Shown: positions 27,001 through 38,482 of the stretch, one piece after another
Layout: each line of letters begins with the position of its first letter
Position numbering within the stretch: the stretch's first letter is position 1
Source: Alphaproteobacteria bacterium
GTDB taxonomy: Bacteria; Pseudomonadota; Alphaproteobacteria; UBA828
DNA length: 64,000 nt
Direction of reading: 5' to 3'
NCBI GenBank assembly: GCA_965214705.1
Contig: OZ243972.1
Coordinates: forward strand, 2,528,001 to 2,592,000
Program-made: the position numbers and the translations under genes
Notes under the pieces: model-generated
Databases searched by the model: none
Told to the model about the DNA's origin: nothing
What the model saw: the letters and a program-made list of their open reading frames with translations, nothing else

Positions 27001-29496
27001 TCACACGATGCCGAGCGCCGCGACAAACTCGCGATAGGGCGCGAATGCCTCGTTCACGCCCTCCGGCGTGAGGTCGTAGTCCTCCAACTGATACTCGTGC
27101 CGCGGCTCTTGCCGGCGTTGCTCCTCTTGGAGCGTGAGCCACTCCTGCATGGCGCGGGCGGAGGCCGCCTCCAGGGGCCAGCCGAGGCGCGCGTAGATGT
27201 CGTTCACGACCGCCATCGGATCGTCGACCAGATCGGTATAACGCACGTCGACCCAGCGTTCTTCGAGCGCGGGTTTGGAGGCGCGGAACTGCATCGCGCC
27301 GTTCAGCACGCCACTCATGAAGGCCAACTGCTCGGCGCCGGCCTCGTGCGGCGGTCTCGGCTCTGTGGAAAAGCCTCGAATCCGCTCCACTATACTGTTC
27401 CACGAGCCCATAACCTCGACGGGCTCGCGATGGGTCTGGATGAAGACGGCATCCGGGTAGGTCTCCAGCAGCACCTCCAATTCTATGAGATGAAAAGGCA
27501 TCTTGAGCAGCCAGTGCCGCTCTCCTTCCGACTCCCGTTGCCGCCGCTGCCAGGTGAAGTGCTGCATGACGCGCCGGTGATGCGCGTAGGCATTGCGTGA
27601 CCCGGTTTCTGCGAGCCAACGGCCATAGGCCGGTACGTGATACGCGGTCGCAAATATCCAAGTCGAGAAGGTAAGCCAGAGTATCCACAAGTCCTCCTCT
27701 GGCTCGTCGATATCGGTGCGGTGGAGTCCGGCGAGCGTATCGACGACATTGGTCGCGCCCAACAGCTCTTTCGCGTAGGCCCGGCGGGGATCGTCGGCCG
27801 TGCCTGCGACAGTGGCATATTCGCCTGAAGGCAACACCGGCTCGGTCAACTCGTAGCGTCGTAGCGCCCAGAACTGCGGATCGCGCGACAGCAGGCGATG
27901 CAGAAAAGTCGTGCCGGTGCGGTTGATGCCGACGATGAAGACCGGCCGTGTGATCCGCTCCCGCTCGATCTCGGGGTGCTGCCGCCGTTCGCGGGCGAGC
28001 GCCGCATTGCTGCGGAGTGCGCGGGTCAGTCCGTAGATGATGTGGCTGAGCCGCGTATCCCGCAGTCCGGCCTCCGGGGATTTCAGCGCCTCCACGAGTT
28101 GCTGGAGGCCGGCGCGCATCCACGAAGGGTAGGTTGGCTCGAAGGGCACGCCCATTCGTTGGGCGAAGCGCTCTGCCTGAGCGATGAGACCGTCGAAGTC
28201 CAGGTTGCCCTGCGGAATTGGATAGGGCCATCCCTCCCGATGACGCCTGACCCAGTCGTAGGAACGCGCATGGCGTATCAGCAGTGCCGGCCACTTGATC
28301 GGGTGGGGGCAGTCCGCCCGAATGGCGCGGTCGCAGACCATCGCCGTGCGCCGGGCCTTGTCCTCGCTGAACCAGTAGGGCGCAAAATGGTCGATCAGCA
28401 CCCACTGGCCGCGCAACGGAGACTCCTCCCCGAGGGCCTGGCACGAACGCCTGAAGGATGCGTAGGGAACGCTCTGCCAATAATAGCCTAGATCGGCGAC
28501 TTCCAGATCTTCGTAAGGGGGCTCTGGATCGCAGCAATGGTAGATGGTGAAGCGGCGGTTGGGGTTGAGCGAAATCGCCGTGCAGATTTCGCTGACCGTG
28601 TCGACCGGCTCGGCGTTTCTTTGTATCGAAAAGCCATGCGGTGCCTTTCCCAGTTGCGTCGCGGCGGCAAACAGGCGGGCTGGAAGGTCGTTCGCTTGCG
28701 TATACCCCGTGCTGGAGAGCCCCATCTGCGGCAGGCGAAAGATCGCGACCGGCACGCCCGCCGCCTGCGCGATCAGGACGCCTTGCTCGGCCACCAGCTT
28801 GCTCCACGGGTACCCGATGGCGCCGAGCGGAAAGGTTATTTTCATGTCGGCGAGGTCGGGCTGCATCTGATCGTCGATGCGGCTGCGGCTGTGCTCTTCA
28901 CCAAAATCGCAGAAATACGCCGGGAAAATTCCCATGGTGGAGCCGTAAAACAGATGCTTGAGGCGGGTCCGCAAGCAGAGCTCGAGCACGGAACGAAGGC
29001 CGAGCGTGTTTTCCTCGCGAATATCGGCGTAGGACATGACGAGGCCCACGTTGGCGGCAAGATGGTAGACCGCGTCGATCCGCCGGCAGAGCTCGTCGAA
29101 CGCGGGCTCGCCTAGACCGAAGCGTTCCTCGCAGGCGTCGCCGGGCACCACGCGCAGCCGCGGGGCGAACTCCTCCTCCCAGACCTCGGCGCACTCCAGT
29201 GCGTCGCGTATCCGCCCCAGCCCATGCTCGGCGCTCTTGGCACGGACCAGGCAGTGCACGATCAGCCGATCGTTCTGCCGCAGGAGCTCGCGCAGGAAGA
29301 AGCGCCCCACGAAGCCGGTCGCCCCGGTCACAAAAACCTCCTGAAAGTTGTTTGGGGATACCGCCGGAGCTGGGGCCCCCTGCGCGAGCGTCTCGTGAAC
29401 AACGCGACGCAGCGCGTCCACGTCCTTGCGGCATTGCGGCGGCAATTCGCCGATAAGAGGCGGCACCGCTCGGTCGGCGGCAACTGGCACGTTCAT
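27001..29496 (-). CDS. swfB: Thioester reductase + sulfotransferase didomain, SwfB-like
   Basis: VTGATGFVG, YHLAA, YPWSK (reductase); FIVGINRTGTTFLH, PEED, WLLKMPFH, THREP (sulfotransferase). Confidence 0.85.
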   Translation of the reverse strand: MNVPVAADRAVPPLIGELPPQCRKDVDALRRVVHETLAQGAPAPAVSPNNFQEVFVTGATGFVGRFFLRELLRQNDRLIVHCLVRAKSAEHGLGRIRDALECAEVWEEEFAPRLRVVPGDACEERFGLGEPAFDELCRRIDAVYHLAANVGLVMSYADIREENTLGLRSVLELCLRTRLKHLFYGSTMGIFPAYFCDFGEEHSRSRIDDQMQPDLADMKITFPLGAIGYPWSKLVAEQGVLIAQAAGVPVAIFRLPQMGLSSTGYTQANDLPARLFAAATQLGKAPHGFSIQRNAEPVDTVSEICTAISLNPNRRFTIYHCCDPEPPYEDLEVADLGYYWQSVPYASFRRSCQALGEESPLRGQWVLIDHFAPYWFSEDKARRTAMVCDRAIRADCPHPIKWPALLIRHARSYDWVRRHREGWPYPIPQGNLDFDGLIAQAERFAQRMGVPFEPTYPSWMRAGLQQLVEALKSPEAGLRDTRLSHIIYGLTRALRSNAALARERRQHPEIERERITRPVFIVGINRTGTTFLHRLLSRDPQFWALRRYELTEPVLPSGEYATVAGTADDPRRAYAKELLGATNVVDTLAGLHRTDIDEPEEDLWILWLTFSTWIFATAYHVPAYGRWLAETGSRNAYAHHRRVMQHFTWQRRQRESEGERHWLLKMPFHLIELEVLLETYPDAVFIQTHREPVEVMGSWNSIVERIRGFSTEPRPPHEAGAEQLAFMSGVLNGAMQFRASKPALEERWVDVRYTDLVDDPMAVVNDIYARLGWPLEAASARAMQEWLTLQEEQRRQEPRHEYQLEDYDLTPEGVNEAFAPYREFVAALGIV

Positions 29497-29558
29497 CGTA
29501 TCGTCCCAGGCTCTTTCATGTGCCGCAGCGGGGTCCGTTCTCCTGTCGCCGGATCGTG

Positions 29559-32500
29559 CTACTCAGCGGCCAGGGCTCCCACGGCGCCTTTTCCGGAACA
29601 GGGGGCCGGCGGGAAGTGGTCTTCGGGCGGGCTGGCGAACACCGACGGCTTGCGGCGAACGCGGCGCTGCTCAGAGAGGGGTGCATCCTCGATCCCGCCG
29701 CCTTCATTGTCGGCTTCCGCCTCCTCATCGCTCTTCGTGCCGAAGACGATGGCGTGCGCCAGCGACTGGCACGAAGCCGTGGTCATCAATTCGAGCGCAC
29801 TCGCCTGGAAGTTGAACTCGCTCTGGATGAACGCCCCCAGCTCGGCGACGGAGATGGAGTTGAGCCCGAAGCTGGAGAGGGGCTCTTCCAGACCGCCTTC
29901 GTCGTGGCCGCAGAGCTCGGCGACCTTGGCCGCGATCTGCGCCATGACCCCGTCCACCGTCAGCTGCTCGTCGGTGCCGACCGCGAACGCATCCTGATTG
30001 CTCATTAGGCGGCCGGACCGCATGTAGTCGGGGGAATCGACGCTCCAGAGCACGCGCTTGAAGAGCGCGGTGATCAGGTGGTCGCTATCGCCCATCGTGC
30101 GGAGCGCGTAGTCGAGGTTGGCGATGGCGCAATAGCTGCTCACCGGGGGTATACCGGCGGCCTTCATCAATCGCAGCAGGCCGAGGTTGCGCGCGGCCAT
30201 GCCGGCATCCGCGACCGCCGCCAGGTTGTAGGACAAGGCCGGCAGTCCTTGCCGGCGGCGACAGGCGGCGAGGCCGTCCAGGAAGGCGTTGGCGGCGCCG
30301 TAGTTGATCTGACCCGGATTGCCGAACGCCGACGAGAGTGACGACACCATGACGAAGTGATCGAGGGCGAGCCCTTCGGTGGCACGGTGGAGATGGAGCG
30401 CGCCGTTGGCCTTGGGCGCGAAGACCCGGGCGATGGACTGCGCCGTCAGATCCGCCAGCAAGCAGTCGTCCAGCGTGCCGGCGAGGTGGAACACGCCCTT
30501 GAGCGGCTTCTTCACGTTGGCGACGCAGCGGCGTACGTCGGCCTCGATCGCAACGTCGCCCTGGACTAGGTCGATTTCGACTCCTTCGCCCACGTCCGCG
30601 AGAGTCGTGGACTGCCGCAGCCAATACTCGCTGCGATGGCGTTCGGGGTCGCGGTCCATGAGGGTGAGGTGGCAAGCGCCGGCAGTCACGAGATAGGGCA
30701 AGAGCCTCCGGCCGAACCCGCCCAGGCCGCCGGTCACGAGATAGGTCGCGTCGGGATCCAGCAGCGGCCGCCGGTCGTCGATCGGGAAGTCCGGAGGTTG
30801 CGAAGCCGGCGGCGCCTTCAGCACCAGCTTCCCCTGGTGCTGGCCGCTGGTCATCAGGCGGAGCGCCTTCGCGTAGTCGCCGTAGGAGAAGACGGTGACC
30901 GGTAACGGCGGCACCACGCCGCGATCGAGCAAGTCGAGACAAGCCTGGGAGAGCTCGCGCGAGAGCAGCGGGTCGTCCACCATCAGGCGGTCGAGGTCGA
31001 TGGCCGCGAAGCACAGATTCTTGCGGAAGACGCGGAGGCCGAGGGCGCTGTCGGCGTAAATGTCGACCTTGCCGATCTCGCAGTGCCAGCCGCCCGCGCG
31101 CAGGGCCTCAAGGCAGAGGGACACGTGACGGCCGGCGAGCGAGTTCAGCACGACATCGACGCCCTGGCCGCCGGTCGCCTTCATCAGCCCGTCGTACCAG
31201 TCCTCGCTGTGGGAATCGAAGGCCGCCCGGACTCCCAGCGCGAGCAACTGGTCGCGTTTTTTCTCGCTGCCTGCCGTGGCGTAGATCTCGGCGCCCACGT
31301 CGTTCGCGAGCGCGATGGCGGCTTGCCCGATTCCGCCCATGGCCGAGTGGATCAGGACGCGCTGGCCCTTGCGCAGCCGGGCCAGGTGAATCAACGAGTA
31401 ATACGCGGTGACGTAGACCGAGAGCGACGATGCGGCCTCTTCCATGGTGAGGCCCGCAGGCTTGGGGAACACGCGGTGCTGGCCCACCACCGTGCGATTG
31501 GCGATACAGCCGCCGTCGACGAAGACCACCTCGTCGCCGGGCTCGAGTTCTTCCACAGCTGTACCGGCGCGGCGGACCACGCCGCTCGCCTCCATGCCCA
31601 CCTCGCGGCCCAGCGCCGAGCGCTCGTAGGCCAGCGCCGGAAGCAGCCCGAGCGTTACCATGACGTCGCGGAAGTTGAGCGCCGACGCGGCGACGTCGAT
31701 CTCCACGGCGTGCGGGGCCAGCGGCGGAGGATCGAAGGTCTTCATCCTGAGGCCGGCGATCTGCCCCGCGTTATCCAGGAAGAGCCGATAGGGCGGGTCT
31801 TCACCGGCGGGGACGCGCGGGTGCTGATCACGATTGCTTACGACGCGCGGCGCCCACAATTGGCCTTCGTGCACAGCAAGCTCCCGCTCGCGCAGGTCGT
31901 GACGCGCGATCCACGCCAGCGTTTCGAGATCATCGGCGGCGCCCAGATCCACCAGGCGGAAATCGAGCTGGGCCTCCTCGCCGACCTCCATGGCCATGGT
32001 GCGCACCGCCCCCCAGAGCGCGCTCCCGCGCGCATCTTCCGCCTCGAACACCGCTTTGCGGGTCGCCACGGTGATGCGGCATTGGCAACTGGCCTGGTCC
32101 ATCCTGTAGGGCACCAGCGACTGAATCAGGGCGACGAATTGCGAGACCGCCCGCTCGCCGGTCGGGTCCTCCGGATCCCAGTCGCAGAACACATCGATCG
32201 CCTGCACGTCCGTCGCCTGCGGCCACGTCTCGACCTCAAAGATGTCGCCTGACGAGAGGCCGTCGAAGGGGATTGGATAGACCGCAGGATCGTCGAGCAA
32301 GGTTGCCCAGGCCCCCGCCAGGCTATCGGGCGCCCCCATCACCCAGCGGGGAGCCGGCAGAGGCGTCTCGCTCCTATCGTCCGTGCGCTTCGGCGGCGCC
32401 TGAAGCAGCGTCGCGCGCCGGCCCGTCCTCAGCGCGGTCCAGCCCGCGCCGGGCTCGATGATCGCGCCGTCAGCGTGGGAAACCAGCGCCAATCCACCCG

Positions 32501-35500
32501 CAACCGCCACCTCCCGCCAGAGCCGCCAGTCCTCTGGCGCAAACGCATCCTCATCGTGGTGGAGGAACAGGACTTCCGCCGCACCGGAGCGCAGCAGGCC
32601 GGTATCGAGCGCGGAGGCCTGCCGCTCCGCCGGATCGAGGCAGTCGAAGCGCAGCGCGGCGTCTTGCGCATGGAAGGCGTCAAAGCACGTCCGCGCGCCC
32701 TCCTCATCGTCGGCGACGAGCCAGAACTCGCTTTGCGTCTCCTCTCGCGATAGATGGTCGACGCACGTCTGAAGCACCGTCTGCTCAGGCTCCCTGGAGC
32801 CTGCGAACTCCAATGCGTGGCAGGCACGCATGGCGGCTCCGGTGTCGTCTGCCCGCTCCAGGGCGGCAAGCAGGGCCGATGGCTCGATCTCGCCCTCGGG
32901 CAGCCGGTCTGCGATCGCGGGGCCGTCGGCGACGAACTTCGGCTGCCAGGCGATGCGGTGCTTGCTGTGCGGCAGGTCGACCCGCCTGGGATAAGAGATG
33001 AAGGAGATGTACTTCTCGACGTGAAGGCTGAGCGCACCGGTCGCCTCGTCGTAGAAGTTCAACCGGCCGGAAACCCACTCCCCATTGGGAACATTGTATT
33101 GACCCTTGTCATCGACCTCGTACCGCTTGCCGCCGGGATAGGTCAGTTGGCAAACGAGGCGCGGCACCGTCGGCGCGCCCAGGAACGTCACGTTTTCGGC
33201 CCGCAGGGGAATGGCAAAGCGATCAGCGCCGAGCATCAGGTCGTAAAGAAACGACTGCAACCCGCCGTCGAGGAGGGGCGGAAAGGAGACATATCCCTCT
33301 TCTCTTGCTCCTGCCCATAGCGCCTCGTCGACGCCGACATCCAGCAGGAGGCGGCCGGTCTCCCGCTCACGCCTGAGCTTCCGAATATTCCTGAAGTGGG
33401 GGCCGTACTGGAAGGTTTCCCCGAGAACCACTTCGAAACGCTCGTAGATTTCGTCGTCGGCCGCATACTGAAGAGGTTCGTAGCCCGACGTGTTCAGGTC
33501 CGACAGCGTTTCCGGTGCGTCCAGCTCTGGTCGGGCGCTGATCAAACGCACCCTTCCGCTGCAGTGCAGCTCGCTCTTCGGATCAACCTCGTAAGGCAAC
33601 GTCGAAATCTGGAAGGTGAATTCACCGTCAGAATTGGGAACCGGATAAAGGGCTGTTTGCAGCCTGACAGGCGTCCTCGGGATGGGACAGGGCTGCAGAA
33701 ACTCGAGCACGTCGAAATGGACCGGAACGCCGCCGAGAGCCTGCAATATCAGCTCGATATAGCCGGCGGCGGGCATGATCGGCGCGTGATGGACGCGGTG
33801 TTCCGCCAGCCACGGAAAGGCTGCCTCGGAGAGCCGCGCTTCGAACAGGAGGTGATCGCTCGCGATCCGGTGGCCGACCAGCGGGCCGTGCGCGTAGTCG
33901 CTTTGTTTCAGGAAAAACTCGTCGTCCAGCCTGTCGTCGACGATCTTCTGCTCGTCTCTCGGGTGCCCCGGCAGTAGATGGACGATGGGGTCGGGGCGCG
34001 GATACTGCGCCGCGAAGTCCAGAGACACGCCCGTTTTGAAGAGGTTGCCCAGGGCCTCATGAAAGCCGAGGCAGGTATCGGTGTCCCGCATCAGCGTCGG
34101 AATGGAAACGGGCGGCGATACGGCGTCTTCCACGCACTGCGCGACGATGGGCTGCAGGGCCGAGTGAGGCGCGAGCTCCAGCACCACGTCGGGCCGGTGG
34201 TCGCGCTTGACCGTCTCCATCGCTGCTGCGAAGCGGACCGGATGGCGGATGTTGGACCACCAGTAGGCGCTGTCCAGCCGCGCCGTCTCGGCACCCGTCA
34301 CCGACGAGATGAAGGGCACGTCGGCGTCGAAGTGGAGATCGTTGAGGAAGGAGAGCGCGTCGAAAGCATCGTCGTTGATGGCGTCCATCGCCCGGGAGTG
34401 GAAGGCGATGTTGCCCGGGATCAGCCGGTTCTGGAGGCTGCGCCGGTCCAGTTCCTCGATCACCGGCTGCAGGTCGTCTCCACGACCGCAGATCACCGTG
34501 TTCGCCGGTGCGTTCTCGCAGGCGATCTCGACCTGAATGGGCCGGTCGCCGTCTAGGCGGAAGGGAATGTCCAGCCCGTCCAACAAATCCTCGACGCCCG
34601 GCCGGTCGAGGCCGATCGCCAGCATGCGGCCGGACCCGGCCACGCGCTGCTGCAGGGTGGCACGGTGGTAGACCAGGCGCGTCGCATCGACGAGCGAAAG
34701 CGCGCCGCACGCGTACGCCGCGGCCACCTCGCCGGAGCTGTGTCCCACCACGCAGTCGGGATAGACGCCCCAGGTCTTGAACAATTCCACCAGCGCGCAC
34801 TGAATCATGAAGATAGCGGGCTGGGCGAGTTGAACTTCGTCGAGCGCCGATTGGGGAGCCGTGAAGCAGGCCTCGCGCAACGAAGTGCTCGCGTGCGTGC
34901 GCCAATGCTCGTCGATGGCATCGATGGCGCGGCGGAAGACAGGATGGGCCTCGTAGAGGTCGCGCCCGCAACCGGCCCACTGCGTCCCTTGCCCGGCGAA
35001 CACCATGACCAGCCGACGCTCGCCCTCCTCCGCCGTGGCGATGGGGGCTTCCTCTTCCACGAAGGTGTCTAGCGCCCCGGTCAGATCGGGCAGACTGCGC
35101 GCCGCGAACGCGGTCCGTGCGGCGAAATGGGTGCGGCGGCGGCTGAGATTGCCGGCCAGCGCGTAGAGGTCCAGCGGCTGCTCGTCGAGCAGGTGGCGCA
35201 ACCGGCGCGCGCTCTCTGTCAGCGCCTTGGGCGTGCGTGCCGAGAGCGGGACCATGAAACCCGCTTGCGGCGCCAGCGGCATCGACCAGAGCCTGGGCAA
35301 TGCCGGCCGGTACTCGCGCACCACGCAGTGGCCGTTGGCGCCGCCGAAGCCGAACGAGTTGATCCCGACGGCCACGGGATGGTCGGGGAACGACTCGCAT
35401 TCCGTCTGCACCTGCATGGGGCAGGAATCGAAGTCGATCTCCGGATTGGGCACCTGGAAGTTGCTCGATGTCGGCGCGAAGGTGCGCCGCTGCATCATCA

Positions 35501-36626
35501 GAACGACCTTGAGCAGGGCGCAATGGAAGGCAGCAGCCTCCATGTGTCCCACGTTGCTCTTGACGCTTGACACGCGCAGCGGGACTTCGCGCTCGAAACC
35601 ACCGAAGGCCTCGGCGATGGCGTTGCCCTCAATGGGGTCGCCGACAGCGGTCCCGGTCGCGTGCGCCTCGATGTAGTCGAAGTCGAGAGGAGCGAGGCCG
35701 GCGCGGGCAGAGGCCTCGCGCATCAGCGCCACCTGGCCGTGGTGGGTGGGCGCGCTGATGAAACGGCCGGGCGCGAGGCCGGGAGTGCCGTCAGCCGTCC
35801 CTGCCGCATTGACCGCGGTCGCCTCGATCACGGCGTAGATCGGGTCCCCGTCCCGCTCGGCCGCCGCCAGGGGCTTGATGGCAAAGACGAACGAGCCTTC
35901 GGAGCGCATGTAGCCGTTGGCTTCGGCATCGAAGGAATGGCACTTGCCCTCCGGGCTGATGACCCCCATGAGGTTGAAGCCGCTGCTCATCCTGGCGCTG
36001 CCCAGATAGGTGACGGCGCCGACCAGCGCCTGGTCACAATCGCCGCACGCCAGCGCGTTCATCGCCGCGTGCAGGGCGCTCATGCCGGCGGAGCACGCCG
36101 TGCAATAGGTCGCGGACGATCCCATGAGGTTGAAGTGATAGGAGACCCGATTGGCCAGCATCGCGAGGCTGATGCCGGAGACGGAATTCTCCGTGACGCC
36201 ATGCTGCGGCCGCCAGTTGGACACGGCCGGAACCTGAGAGCCGATGAAGACCCCGGTGGGGCTGTTGCGCAAGGAGTGAAGATCCCAGCCGGCGTGCTCG
36301 ATGGCCTCCCACGCGCAATTCAGCAGCATCCTGACCTGCGGCTCGGTCTGCCGCAGCTCGTTGTGGGACATGCCGAAGAACGCGCGGTCGAAGAGCAACT
36401 CCTCTTCGTCTCGGATCAGCCCCTCGTAAGGGCTCGCGAGGCGCCCCGGGCCCGAGAATTCACCGATGGGCAGATGACCCTTGCCGTAGCGATCGGTGAT
36501 CGGCTCCTGGACGATCTCGCGCTCGGCGAGCAGGCGCCAGAAATCAGAGTCCGAGTGAATGCCGCCGGGCAACCGGTAGCCATACCCGGTGATTGCAACT
36601 CCGTCGCTGATGTCGTAAGCGCCCAT
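29559..36626 (-). CDS. swfA: Monomodular type I PKS/FAS, KS-AT-DH-ER-KR-ACP, SwfA-like
   Basis: KS TACSAG, HATGT, GHME; AT FAGQGTQW, QCALVEL, GHSSG, AFHS; DH HRVHHAPIMP; ER HSAMGGIG; KR TGGLGGFG, YGAAN; ACP GLNSIS; no thioesterase. Confidence 0.9.
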   Translation of the reverse strand: MGAYDISDGVAITGYGYRLPGGIHSDSDFWRLLAEREIVQEPITDRYGKGHLPIGEFSGPGRLASPYEGLIRDEEELLFDRAFFGMSHNELRQTEPQVRMLLNCAWEAIEHAGWDLHSLRNSPTGVFIGSQVPAVSNWRPQHGVTENSVSGISLAMLANRVSYHFNLMGSSATYCTACSAGMSALHAAMNALACGDCDQALVGAVTYLGSARMSSGFNLMGVISPEGKCHSFDAEANGYMRSEGSFVFAIKPLAAAERDGDPIYAVIEATAVNAAGTADGTPGLAPGRFISAPTHHGQVALMREASARAGLAPLDFDYIEAHATGTAVGDPIEGNAIAEAFGGFEREVPLRVSSVKSNVGHMEAAAFHCALLKVVLMMQRRTFAPTSSNFQVPNPEIDFDSCPMQVQTECESFPDHPVAVGINSFGFGGANGHCVVREYRPALPRLWSMPLAPQAGFMVPLSARTPKALTESARRLRHLLDEQPLDLYALAGNLSRRRTHFAARTAFAARSLPDLTGALDTFVEEEAPIATAEEGERRLVMVFAGQGTQWAGCGRDLYEAHPVFRRAIDAIDEHWRTHASTSLREACFTAPQSALDEVQLAQPAIFMIQCALVELFKTWGVYPDCVVGHSSGEVAAAYACGALSLVDATRLVYHRATLQQRVAGSGRMLAIGLDRPGVEDLLDGLDIPFRLDGDRPIQVEIACENAPANTVICGRGDDLQPVIEELDRRSLQNRLIPGNIAFHSRAMDAINDDAFDALSFLNDLHFDADVPFISSVTGAETARLDSAYWWSNIRHPVRFAAAMETVKRDHRPDVVLELAPHSALQPIVAQCVEDAVSPPVSIPTLMRDTDTCLGFHEALGNLFKTGVSLDFAAQYPRPDPIVHLLPGHPRDEQKIVDDRLDDEFFLKQSDYAHGPLVGHRIASDHLLFEARLSEAAFPWLAEHRVHHAPIMPAAGYIELILQALGGVPVHFDVLEFLQPCPIPRTPVRLQTALYPVPNSDGEFTFQISTLPYEVDPKSELHCSGRVRLISARPELDAPETLSDLNTSGYEPLQYAADDEIYERFEVVLGETFQYGPHFRNIRKLRRERETGRLLLDVGVDEALWAGAREEGYVSFPPLLDGGLQSFLYDLMLGADRFAIPLRAENVTFLGAPTVPRLVCQLTYPGGKRYEVDDKGQYNVPNGEWVSGRLNFYDEATGALSLHVEKYISFISYPRRVDLPHSKHRIAWQPKFVADGPAIADRLPEGEIEPSALLAALERADDTGAAMRACHALEFAGSREPEQTVLQTCVDHLSREETQSEFWLVADDEEGARTCFDAFHAQDAALRFDCLDPAERQASALDTGLLRSGAAEVLFLHHDEDAFAPEDWRLWREVAVAGGLALVSHADGAIIEPGAGWTALRTGRRATLLQAPPKRTDDRSETPLPAPRWVMGAPDSLAGAWATLLDDPAVYPIPFDGLSSGDIFEVETWPQATDVQAIDVFCDWDPEDPTGERAVSQFVALIQSLVPYRMDQASCQCRITVATRKAVFEAEDARGSALWGAVRTMAMEVGEEAQLDFRLVDLGAADDLETLAWIARHDLRERELAVHEGQLWAPRVVSNRDQHPRVPAGEDPPYRLFLDNAGQIAGLRMKTFDPPPLAPHAVEIDVAASALNFRDVMVTLGLLPALAYERSALGREVGMEASGVVRRAGTAVEELEPGDEVVFVDGGCIANRTVVGQHRVFPKPAGLTMEEAASSLSVYVTAYYSLIHLARLRKGQRVLIHSAMGGIGQAAIALANDVGAEIYATAGSEKKRDQLLALGVRAAFDSHSEDWYDGLMKATGGQGVDVVLNSLAGRHVSLCLEALRAGGWHCEIGKVDIYADSALGLRVFRKNLCFAAIDLDRLMVDDPLLSRELSQACLDLLDRGVVPPLPVTVFSYGDYAKALRLMTSGQHQGKLVLKAPPASQPPDFPIDDRRPLLDPDATYLVTGGLGGFGRRLLPYLVTAGACHLTLMDRDPERHRSEYWLRQSTTLADVGEGVEIDLVQGDVAIEADVRRCVANVKKPLKGVFHLAGTLDDCLLADLTAQSIARVFAPKANGALHLHRATEGLALDHFVMVSSLSSAFGNPGQINYGAANAFLDGLAACRRRQGLPALSYNLAAVADAGMAARNLGLLRLMKAAGIPPVSSYCAIANLDYALRTMGDSDHLITALFKRVLWSVDSPDYMRSGRLMSNQDAFAVGTDEQLTVDGVMAQIAAKVAELCGHDEGGLEEPLSSFGLNSISVAELGAFIQSEFNFQASALELMTTASCQSLAHAIVFGTKSDEEAEADNEGGGIEDAPLSEQRRVRRKPSVFASPPEDHFPPAPCSGKGAVGALAAE

Positions 36627-36964
36627 GCAAACAAGCCCCGATAAACAGCATCATTGACGCAGCACTTGCGTCCATTTCAACACAAGTCGGTAATGCCAAA
36701 TTTCCGACTTGTGTCAGGCAATTGTACCGCGTTCCAGGTCTTTTCGATTGCACCTCCTCGCGCGATTCGAACCCCCATGTTGGAATCGTATAGCCAACAC
36801 CGCCATCAACTCCAATATCGATTTCTTGGTTGTTCCATAAGTATCGCTGATCGCGGACGGGGAGCGCGACCGCGGCTCCCGGCAGTGTCAGGGCACCGAC
36901 AGTCGGCGCTTGTGTGCCCCCGGTCTCCTCCCGTATCACACTCCTGCGTGGCGTGGAGGCGCCC

Positions 36965-38101
<1,137 letters not shown>

Positions 38102-38124
38102 CCGCGCGTGCACAGGTGGCGAGC

Positions 38125-38171
38125 ACGGACGGGTCTTGACGGACGCGGTCTTGTCCGTATCTAATCCGTAC
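38125..38171 (+). promoter_or_regulatory. Candidate promoter/operator of the TA module
   Basis: Tandem ACGGACG(C)GGTCTTG (38125-38153), TTGACG at 38136, TCTAAT at 38160, repeated TCCGTA. Confidence 0.45.
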
Positions 38172-38198
38172 ATCTCACTTGAGGTCGAGGAGGGTACC

Positions 38199-38477
38199 AT
38201 GCCGGCGACTGCGGCACCGCGCGGAGAGCGGATCGAGCTTCGAGCGACCAGCGAGGAGAAGCGGCTGCTGGCCGCCGCCGCCGCTCACGAGCGACTGGAC
38301 CTCACCAGCTTCATCATGCGCAATGCGCTGCCCGCCGCGCGGGAGGTGGTGGATCGCGCGGAGCGCATCGTTCTCTCCGAGCGCGATAGCGAGCGTGTGC
38401 TGGCGCTGCTGGAGTATCCGCCCGAGCCGACGCCTGTGCTGATGGCAGCCGCGCGGCGGCGTTCTGCCCGCGCGTAG
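38199..38477 (+). CDS. DUF1778 (TacA-like) RHH antitoxin
   Basis: ERIELRATSEEKRLL..AA..LDLTSFI..A...IVLSERD...L..PPEP. Confidence 0.9.
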   Translation: MPATAAPRGERIELRATSEEKRLLAAAAAHERLDLTSFIMRNALPAAREVVDRAERIVLSERDSERVLALLEYPPEPTPVLMAAARRRSARA

Positions 38478-38482
38478 CCCCC

